Assembly: GCF_006345805.1 (NCBI RefSeq)
Contig: NC_043009.1
Location: forward strand, 30,380,001-30,444,000
From: Octopus sinensis
Taxonomy: Eukaryota
DNA: 64,000 nt
Direction: 5' to 3'
The notes under the pieces were generated by a model, which searched no databases, was not told the origin of the DNA, and saw nothing but the letters and a program-made list of their open reading frames with translations. Of the stretch, positions 54,113-64,000 are shown one piece after another; position 1 is the first letter of the stretch, and each line of letters opens with the position of its first letter. The position numbers and the translations under genes were made by a program.

Positions 54113-54598
54113 TAACACACGCACGATTGTCCCTAAGAAAAAAAAACGAATTTTTTTTTTCTTCGCGTGGGATCAAGTACCCTGCCCTCCTAGTATGCTG
54201 CAAATCCCTTACTTGGGTTCGGAAGAAGTGGGGATCCCTGCCCCATCTCAAAATCATAGGAATTTTTTTCCTTTTTTTCGTTGAATGAATTCCTGTGACA
54301 TCCTAATATGCTACAAAACCCTTTCGAGGGTCCGAAAAATGGGGTGGGGGTGAGGTGGAAACCTCAGAAATTTCACCCCCACCCCATTGATCTTTTCACC
54401 TGCACGATTTTCACAGAGGAAAAAAAAATGATAAAAATCGCGCCCTAACTAATTTTTATGTGTATGGGCATGAAGAATGTGTTCTCAAGCAAAATCTCAG
54501 CTGAGATTTTGCTTGAGAACACATTCTTCACGGTAATGGCGATTTCACGTCTATGTTTAGCATATTAGGTGTCCACTTTAGGGGTCATTCCTCTTAAT
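54113..54598. mobile_element. hairpin-rich, CpG-containing dispersed element (non-autonomous DNA transposon/Helentron-like?)
   Basis: 16 bp perfect stem 54338-54353/54373-54388 and 60 bp perfect palindrome 54471-54530. Boundaries and class are uncertain. Confidence 0.45.
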
Positions 54599-54668
54599 TT
54601 TGTGTGTGTGTGTGTGTATATATATATGTATGCGTATGTATGTATGCATGCGTATGTATGTATGCATG

Positions 54669-54700
<32 letters not shown>

Positions 54701-55204
54701 TGTATGTATGCATGCATGCATGTGTATGTATGCATGCATGTATATGTGTATGTGTATATATATGTATGCACGTATATTATATATATATATATATGTATAT
54801 GTGTGTGTGTCTATCTTTGCACCAGTGTTTGACAGGAAGTGTTGGCATGTTTACATCTCTATAACTTAGCTGTTTGCAAAAGAGACCCATGCAATAAGTA
54901 CTAGGTTTTAAAAGCAATTACTGGTATCAGCCACAACTAGGAAGCTGTCTAATGACTGAAACACATAAAAGATGAAAACTATGTATGTTAATATACACAT
55001 CACTGTGTGTATGTGTCTGTACATGTATGTGTAAACAAGTTAGTGTTCATGCCAATATTTCAGAGTGTAAGAATGGTTGGTTGTAGAGACGAGTCAACAG
55101 AACTGTCATAGTGTTGGATAGAATGTCTTGGGTTGTATTTGTTCCAATCCTCTCTAATCTGAAATCAAATCCTACTGAAGTCATCTTCCTATTTCTATTT
55201 CTTT

Positions 55205-55430
55205 ACCACCCACAAGGGGCTAAACACAGAGGAGACAAACAAGGACAGACAAATGGATTAAGTCGATTACATCGGCCCCAGTGTGTAACTGGTACTTATT
55301 TGATCGACCCCGAAAGGATGAAAGGCAAAGTCGACCTTGGCGGAATTTGAACTCAGAACGTAGTGGCAGACGAAATACGGCAAAGCAATTTCGCCCGGCG
55401 TGCTAACGTTTCTGCCAGATCGCCATCTTC
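55205..55430 (-). mobile_element. well-conserved SINE family A copy
   Basis: actggtacttatttgatcgaccccgaaaggatgaaaggcaaagtcgaccttggcggaatttgaactcagaacg. Confidence 0.9.
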
Positions 55431-55508
55431 CTATTTCATCCATCCAAGGCCATCAAATAAAGTTTCAGTCTAGTTCTGTGCTAGAATCCATTGTTTTCTC
55501 TCTCTTAG

Positions 55509-55563
55509 ATTTCGTGATTCTGTACTGTGGGGCAGCTTAATGCCCGATTTTTCTCTAGAAATG
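55509..55563 (+). other. candidate small exon (55 nt)
   Basis: Acceptor ttgttttctctctcttag| and donor ATG|gtaaga; only one frame is open (FRDSVLWGSLMPDFSLEM). Confidence 0.3.
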
Positions 55564-56359
55564 GTAAGAATAGCCAGGTAAGGAATTGGTAGGCATGCTC
55601 AAAGGAAAGAAAAATTCATATAGTATAAGAGCCATTGAAGAATAAACTGATGTTGCAGTAGAGAAAGGAATGGAAATAAAGAAAAAGAATGGGTGATTGT
55701 GAGAATATTTATGAGTGTGTACGTGTGTGTGTGAGGGGAGAGGTATGTGTTTGAATGTGTGTGTGGTAGTGTGTGTGGTAGTGTGTGGTGATGTATGTGT
55801 GTAGTTATTAGACAGATATGTGTGTGTGTATGGATATATTTACCTATATTTGTGTTAGTGTGTAATTGACCGTACAGATATATATTTGTGTGTGTATGTG
55901 GATAACAATTCTTATCAAATATGTGTGATGGTGCATGTCAGATTTTGAGTTTGATATGTCTCACTGTGTCTGTTTGCATGTGTGTGTGTGTGTGCATCTG
56001 TGTTTGTTTGTGTGTGTATGTGTGCAAGTTTGTGTGTGTATGGTTGGTTGAGAAGATATCTCAAGATTAGACTATAATATTCTTCTGTTTGTCGTGTCCC
56101 AAAGGACAGTTTATATCTACAGTGCAAAGAATTCTCATCAGAATGGAAATGTTTCAGGTGAACATAGCAGATGATAGGCACAGACACACACACACAATCG
56201 TACAAATAAATACCTATGCACAAACACACATTCAAACTTGTATGAACATACAAACAAATATTGACAAAAAGAGGAACATAGGTATATATATATATAGAAA
56301 AAAAAACTCATATATATATACAGACATGATGCACATATAACTGTAAATTGAGAGGAGTC

Positions 56360-56396
<37 letters not shown>

Positions 56397-56631
56397 TATA
56401 TACATATATTTGTATACATTGGATGTACGCAAAGAAGTAATTTGTGGGAAGTGAATTAAAAACAGAAACAAGGAGATATTGCTGAGATATATTGGGAAAA
56501 AAATTAACAGTTCTAAGCACCACTTGATATATGTGCATAAGTATGTATGTATATATATATATATATGTATATATGTGTCTATATATATATATATATGTAT
56601 ATATATGTCTATATATATATATGTATATATA

Positions 56632-56712
<81 letters not shown>

Positions 56713-56834
56713 TATATATATACATATATACATGTTTATGTATGTATACATGTGTATGTATGTATACATGTGTATGTATGTATACATTTGTATGTATATA
56801 TACATGTGTATGTATATATACATGTGTATGTATA

Positions 56835-57236
56835 TCATCATTGTTTAATGTCCGCTTTCCATGGTAGCATGGGTTGGATGATTTGACTGAGGACTGGCGA
56901 ACCAGATGGCTGCACCAGGCTCCAATCTTGATCTAGCAGAGTTTCTACTGCTGGATGCCCTTCCTTATGCCAACCACTCCGAGAGTGTAGTGAGTGCTTT
57001 TACGTGCCAACTGCACAGGAGCCAGTCCAGTGGCACTGGCAACAACCTCGCTCAAATGTTTTTTCACGTGCAACTGGCGCAAGTGCCAGTAAAACAACGC
57101 TGGTAACGATCACGTGCGAATGGTGCATTTTACATGCTACCGGCACGGAAGCCAGTTGGCCGCTCTGGCAACGATCATGCTCGGATGTGCTCCTAGCACT
57201 CCACTAGCATGGATGCGAGTCATCGAATTTGATTTC
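56835..57236 (-). mobile_element. RTE 3' UTR copy
   Basis: Reverse complement of 39445-39865, including the gtgcc...acgtaaaaagc repeat region. Confidence 0.85.
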
Positions 57237-57239
57237 TAT

Positions 57240-57840
57240 ATATGTGTCTATGCCTGTGTCTATTCATGTGTGTATGTATGTGTGCGTGTGTGTGTGTATG
57301 TGCGTGTGCATGTGTGTATGTATGCATGTATGTATATGTATATATGCATATATATATGTGTATGTATGTATATTTATATGTATGTATATGTATATATGCA
57401 TATATATGTGTATGTATGTATATATGCATATATATGTGTGTATGTGTATATGCATATATGTGTATGTATGTGTATATGCATATATATATGTGTGTATGTG
57501 TGTGTATATGCATATATATATGTGTATGTGTGTGTATATGCATATATATATATATGTGTATGTATGTGTATACGTATATATGTGTATATGCATATATATG
57601 TGTATGTATGTGTATATGCATATATATATGTATGTATGTGTATATGCATATGTATGTGTATGTATGTGTATATGCATATATATATGTGTATGTATGTGTA
57701 TATGCATATATATGTGTATGCATATATGCATATATATGTGTATGTATAGATGTATATATATATATATACATATATATATTAATTGAATATGTATATTTGT
57801 GTGTGTGTATGTATATATATATATATATATACATATATAT
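57240..57840. repeat. TA/TG-derived minisatellite (unit ~26-30 bp, tatatgcatatatatgtgtatgtatgtg)
   Basis: Directly visible higher-order periodicity. Confidence 0.85.
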
Positions 57841-58151
57841 TTAAGTAGGTGAATGAATTATCCTATGTTTATCGTCATCATGGAAAATTATCGCTTTGTT
57901 TACCATGTAGGCAATCATCGAAATTTTTGTTTTGTTTGTCTTGTTGTCGAGAGAGACCCCTTTCTTTTCTGGTGAGAAGATTGCATAATTCACCCTTTAT
58001 TCCTTTGGAATGAAAAAATGCTGTCTTCGAAACATGTGTCGAGATTAAAGGAATTTTGTTAACATCTTCGTTCGACTCCATTCTTTCATTTATTCATATA
58101 TACATATATATATATATATATATAATATATATATAGATATATATATATATT

Positions 58152-58199
<48 letters not shown>

Positions 58200-58264
58200 T
58201 ATGCATATATATATCCACATATACATATGTAAATATGTCTATGCATATATATGTGTGTGCGTAT

Positions 58265-58612
58265 ATACTCTTTACTCTTTTACTTGTTTCAATGTGTTTC
58301 GGTGGTCATGCTGGAGCACTGCCTTTAGTCAAGTAAATCGACTCCAGGATTTATTCCTTGTAAGCCTAGTACTTATTCTATCAGTGTTTTTTACCGAACT
58401 GCTAAGTTACGGCAAATACACCAGCATCCGTTGACAACCGGCGTTGGGGGGTCAAACACAGACACACAAACATATACACACTTCTTCCAGTTTCTGTCTA
58501 CCAAATCCACTCAGAAGACACTTGCACAAGTTGCCATGCAGTGGGAAGGAACCTGGAACAATGTGGTTCTTAAGCAAGCTCTTTACCACACATCCACTCC
58601 TATGCCTATATA
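58265..58612 (-). mobile_element. SINE family B
   Basis: tactcttttacttgtttc...ctggagcactgcctttagtc...taccaaatccactca...ttaccacacatccactcctatgcc. Confidence 0.85.
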
Positions 58613-59748
58613 TATGTGCATGTTTATGTGTGCATGTATATGTAAATGTATGTAGGTGCATATATATATATATATACATACATATGGATATGTATATAGG
58701 AGTGTGTGTACATGCGTGCATGCCCCTGTTTATGTTTGTGAGTGTGTTTAGTCCTGAATGTAGAAGAAAAACTTGATTTACACAGCAGGATTTGAAACAG
58801 AATTTATTAATACTTGAGAAATGCAATCGCCTCAGACGTCAGTGATTTATAATCCAGATCTCATGTGAAACATTAAATGCGAAGTATAGGTATATAAGAT
58901 AGGCAAGCGGCCGAAAAGCTTCAATCTGGGGTTGTTGCAATTGATGTAATTGTCTGGAATTTGGGATTCAGAAACTGTTCAGAAGACAGTTACACATATG
59001 AATATCACCATCATTTTCATCATCATTATTGTCATCATCATCATTGTCATCATCATCAATCACTATCTTCATTTTTACTCCCATATTCCCCTGCTCGCAC
59101 TTTTTGAGCAAAGTGTGTTGAAGTAGATATTCTACGTCAGGAAGTGCTTCCTGTTGCCAACCCTCACCTTTTTTCCAACCAAATTAGCATATCAAATTAG
59201 CTCAGGATCAGACTTCTTATTTCAGACGGATATTAGAAAAGAATAACAGCCATTTACAATAATCATGTGATGCTAGGAGAGAAACACAAACATATAAAAT
59301 CTCACTCAAACACGCAAATATATACATACATAAATACACAAATATATATATTTACACAAACACATGCCCACACATAATTACGTATATATTATGTATATAA
59401 AATTAGTGTACATTTAAACACAAAAGTGGTGACCCTAACAGGACACCTAACATGCCAGAAGCTGCTGTCAAAATCCAAACCACGTTTAGGGGTAATTTCG
59501 AAAGGAATGGCAACTAAAACCACTTGCCATATTTCGTTACCAGACCATGGTTTCGAACTTTAATTTGCAAAGGAAATAATTTGCTAGGCGAAGTTCTCAT
59601 CAGCAGGTGTACGAAAGATTAACATATAATTATGAGGCAGAATAGCACGTCTTATCTTTATATATTATAATTTATCAAATCCACCGAGGAAGCGCAGTTT
59701 TTGTTGGAAGTAAATAAAAATACCGACTTACTTCAAAATTATATATAT

Positions 59749-59805
<57 letters not shown>

Positions 59806-59887
59806 TATATATATTATATTATATATATATATATATATTATATATATTATTATATATATATACATGCACATATTATTTATAACATAT

Positions 59888-60195
59888 GCATGGCACCTTG
59901 GGCAAAGTATCTCCTGCTATAGTCTGAAGTGAACCAGAGCCTTGTGTGTGGAGTTGGTAGACAGAAACTGAAAGAAGATCATCATGAATGTGGGTGTGTG
60001 TGTTTGTCCCCACCACTGCTCGACAACTGGTTTTGGTGCATTTATGTCCCCACAACAGTTCAGCAAAAATACCTATAGACGGAGTATCAGGCTTAAAATG
60101 AAAATAAGTGCTGCAGTCAATTCGTTTAACGAAAATTCTTGAAGGCGGTACCCCAACATGGTCGCTGTCCAATGACTGAAACAAGCCAAAGATAA
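59888..60195 (+). mobile_element. SINE family B lacking head
   Basis: catggcaccttgggcaa...gttggtagacagaaactgaaagaag...gactgaaacaagccaaagataaa. Confidence 0.75.
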
Positions 60196-60234
60196 ATGAT
60201 ATATATATATATATATAATATATATAATTTTGAA

Positions 60235-60281
<47 letters not shown>

Positions 60282-60314
60282 TGCAGCAGTGGCTGTGTGG
60301 TAAGTAGCTCGCTT

Positions 60315-61760
60315 CTGCGCATGCAGCGGGTTAATATGCTGTGTTGAGTTTTGACGAGATGGACGGAATTTTTTGAGCTGCTCGCCAGTGGTTTGTTGGT
60401 GAGTGTTGTACTAGAGGAAAATAATGTATTCAGACCTTAGTGAGTATGAACTCTCCTCATCATCAGAGGAGCTCGTTAAGGCGGTAAACAGAATGGACGA
60501 GAATTTGGAAAGAGTAAAAGTTTTGCTGAGGCGGCAGAGGTAAAGAAAAAGGAAGTAGACCTAACCGGACTGAAGGAGCTGAGTAAGATGACACAGAAGG
60601 TGGGAGTGATGTAAAGTTATTACCCCCGAAAAGGGTTATGGTAAATATGGAAAAGAAGACTATTACCTACAAGGTGTACTCAGTGGAGAGTAGGAAGGTG
60701 GAGCAGATGGAGAAGGAAGTAAGATATATAGCAAAAGGAAGCGGATATGGGACGGTGGTTGTCGAGTTTAGGATAGAAGAGGAAGCAAACAGGCTGGCGA
60801 GTACAACTGTAAAAAACTGAGGAACTAGTACTTCTACACACCTATCTTGGAAGGAAGACTTCTAAGGTGAGGGTAGAAGGAATTCCACCTGACATAGAAA
60901 TGGCTTGTGTTGCGGCAGCCGTCGTTGTTGGAAGTGTGGAGAGGTGGCTGTCCTCCAAGCCACAAAGACAGAGGAAGGAGGCTATAAAGGAAAAATATTG
61001 GAAATGTTCATACAAGCGGAGGCGAAGGAGCTGGAAAATTTGGTTGAAAGGTAACGATGGGAGAAATAGTATTGAGAGTATGGTTAGAGGGCAGAATTCC
61101 TCGATGTGTTAAATGTGGCCAAAAAGGCCACATTAGAGCACACTGCCCTCCACAGAAGAAAACAGTAGAGGAAAAAAACAGATGAACCAGTTGTCGAGAC
61201 AAAGGAGAAAAAAGAGGATGAAAATGAAGACGGACGAAAGGAGGAAGAATGGATAGTAGAAGGAAGAAAAGGAAGAAAAGAAAGTGTGATATGGTACCCC
61301 AGTCCAACTCCATCCCACCCAAGATCACTCAGACCCACCCGCCCCATACAGACAGCAGACCCACCCACTCCCTTTCCCAACAAGAACAAAAGAAAAAGTA
61401 AAAAGAGCAGACACCACAGAATGTAGAAAACCCCTCCCCCGATGAAAAAGGTTGCGAAAGAATGTTGTCATTGAGCGATAGCGAGAGTGGAAATAGAAGG
61501 ACTAGACCAGAGACTAAAGACGAATTAGGACTCAGAGGCAGTGAGTGGTGTTACTCAGTGTGGGGTGAGTAGCACACTCTTCATATTTTCATTTTCAGAT
61601 ATCATGCATGTTGTCATAAACTTAATTTATTTTCTCATGTTCATTTTCATGTCACTCACAGTATCATTTTATTTTTACATATTTTTAATTGTTATATGTC
61701 CCCACATGTTTTTGTAGTATCCCCTCTATGTAATGCCTTTATGGCAAAATAATTGAAATA
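60315..61760 (+). mobile_element. ORF1-only non-LTR retroelement (HAL1-like) with 13 bp TSD, inserted into a SINE family B head
   Basis: Frameshifted gag-like ORF1 from ATG 60424 with CCHC knuckle CVKCGQKGHIRAHC (61105-61146), T-rich 3' UTR and aataaa at 61757-61762. TSD aagtagctcgctt (60302-60314) / aagcagcttgctt (61761-61773). No EN/RT sequence. Confidence 0.8.
60424..61540 (+). pseudogene. disrupted ORF1 (nucleic-acid-binding gag-like protein)
   Basis: Segments MYSDLSEYELSSSSEEL, SFAEAA, YIAKGSGYGTVVVEF, YLGRKTSKVRVEGIPPDIE, LEGRIPRCVKCGQKGHIRAHCP and EEWIVEGRKGRK lie in successive frames. Confidence 0.75.
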
Positions 61761-62809
61761 AAGCAGCTTGCTTACCAACCATTGCCATTTTGTCACAAAT
61801 TGTTCGTCTAAATGCTCTTCTCACAACTGTGGAGGCCTCTGAATAGCACGATTTATTCTTGGTCAGAGGCATTTGTAAACCGAGGTACTACTGTATGCAT
61901 CCTCATCATCAATATCCTCATCATCGTCATTTGATGTCCATCTTCCATGCATGCATGTGCACGATATGAATTACAACAGTAGCTAGTCGCTATTTAAAAC
62001 CAAAAGACACAAGTACAATTGGCACTAAAGTAACTAATAGTAGAAGTGAGCATCAACATTGCTAGAAATAAGAGTTAAAACAACCCTTAGTCAAGGGCAG
62101 AGCATTGTATATTGACTGACAAGGGAGGCATCCTCCGTACAGCAAGTGACAGTGTCAGATCACTGGTGATGCTACTCCATTGCCTAGAGTTAAGCTAACT
62201 TGCATTTTATATATATATACACACACACACACGACCTTAAAACCTCAAGAGTAATCAAGAGAGACAGAGACAGTCAGAAATAAGGAAAATGCCCCTTGTA
62301 TTTGAATACTTTTAAAAAACTTTTTAATTTTTCCAAAATTTGTTGAAAATGTCTCAATAACCGAAACCGGTACTTGACTTTTTCTCCATATATATATATG
62401 CCAACTCGTGTGTTCCTTTTCAACCTTCTACATACATAATACATACATACATATATATACATGTAAATGTTTATTACCTCTAACAGTTTATACTCCAGTT
62501 ACACGCATCACTGCTTCACACACATCTGGTCCAGTGGTGTTTCTGCAACAAAATAAATCCTGTGCAATTGGTTGAATGTAAGGTTGCTAGTAGTGTTTAG
62601 TCTTAATGAGGAGGATTAGACCTGTTGTGTGTTGCTACCACAGACAATGTACATCCTGTTATGTGGTCAGTATTATTAGAGAACTAATGTCAACCATTTT
62701 ACATTCACAAATAAGGAAAGGAAAGGAAATTTTAAAGTAGGGTGTGGTCCCTTGATCCATTTATAAGAGAGTCCAATCAATCAAAGATGCATAAGTGGAT
62801 CCAAATGAC

Positions 62810-63170
62810 AAAGATGATGATTATTATAATGATGATGAGGAGGTGGAGGATGAAGGAAGATAATGGTGACGATGATGATGATGACAACGACGATGATAAT
62901 CATGGTGATTATGATGATAAGGATAAAGATGATAATGATGGTGATGGTCATTACGATAGTGATTACGATGGTGAATATGATGAGGAGGAGGATGACGATG
63001 ATGAGGATGAAAATGACAATGACACCACTGATCAATGATCACCGTAATGATGACGATGAAAAAAGGAAATGATGCTTATGCTGGTGATGAAGATGATGAT
63101 GCTACTGACAATAATAATGGTGATGATGATGTTGTTGATGATGATGATGATGACAATGATGTCGATTACA
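62810..63170. repeat. degenerate (GAT)n low-complexity tract
   Basis: Directly visible. Confidence 0.9.
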
Positions 63171-63724
63171 ATATACTTTCATCACGAACAACATATATGT
63201 TATATTCATATTTTAATGTGTATTTCTAATATATTGCATAAGTTTGTACAAGTTGTAATGTCGAGACAGTACATAGCAAGACATAATAATATTCTTCTCA
63301 ATTCTAATGTCGTAAATTGGCTAACCCAATACCTGAGATCTGACTTTGCCATTTCCTGCTGTGTCTGCATAGATCTTTGGAATATTGTCTACTTTTACCA
63401 AAACATAATAAAATATTGAAATTTATATAAATACACAAGTACACAAATGAGAAAAAAGAAATTTTTTTTTTCAAAAACATTGCAGAATAGAAACAAGGTC
63501 ATCCATACTTGATACTAGAAACCCAGTAAATCTTTTGTGTACAGTTTTGTCTATAAAATATATTTCAAATCAATATCTTTACTCAAACAAACATCGACAT
63601 TGCTCATATGCATATAGGAATGTGTGAGAGTGAAACACACACACACACACATATATATATACTATGTATGTTGTGCACATGCTTGTATGTATGTTTCCAC
63701 TTGTATGTATATATGTATGTATGC

Positions 63725-63761
<37 letters not shown>

Positions 63762-64000
63762 ATATATATACACACACATACACATGCACATATGCATATT
63801 ATATATATAACAAATATAAATTTATATATATATGTTTAAATGTATAAATATATATTTATGTATATATGTGTGTATTATATGTGTGTGTGTATATTTATAT
63901 ATATATATAGAGAGAGAGATAGATAAATACATTGGTGCATAGATATAAACACACAACTCTATATAGATAGATATATATAGATATATACACACATATATAT

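Noticed and set aside
62742-63229. Poly-D/E ORFs
   Set aside because: Degenerate (GAT)n tract, same as 23370-23760.

Overview
AT-rich, repeat-saturated eukaryotic DNA. The SINE/LINE repertoire and very high (TA)n/(CA)n/(GAT)n density point to an octopod cephalopod, probably Octopus; this is my inference. I cannot identify an intact protein-coding gene. Almost all ORFs in the track are microsatellite artefacts (YI/HT/CV/poly-D), and only a few isolated candidate exons have plausible splice sites, the best being a minus-strand terminal exon at 227-544 with a weak TPR/SMYD-like pattern. The recognisable content is mobile DNA: (1) a 2.3 kb RTE-clade LINE with endonuclease and partial RT, 2 stops and an internal deletion (37573-39865); (2) many 3'-tail copies of that LINE; (3) a 163 bp BovB-like RTE 3' end with a perfect 10 bp TSD; (4) three or more SINE families; (5) several fold-back/MITE-like hairpins; (6) a 1.45 kb ORF1-only (HAL1-like) retroelement with a CCHC knuckle, inserted with a 13 bp TSD into a SINE head (60315-61760). 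Unexplained structure includes a ~330 bp long-range inverted duplication (30175-30521/33807-34134), two unrelated pairs of exactly 48 bp direct repeats, and a spacerless 60 bp perfect palindrome. Repeat boundaries and identity values were estimated by eye and are approximate.
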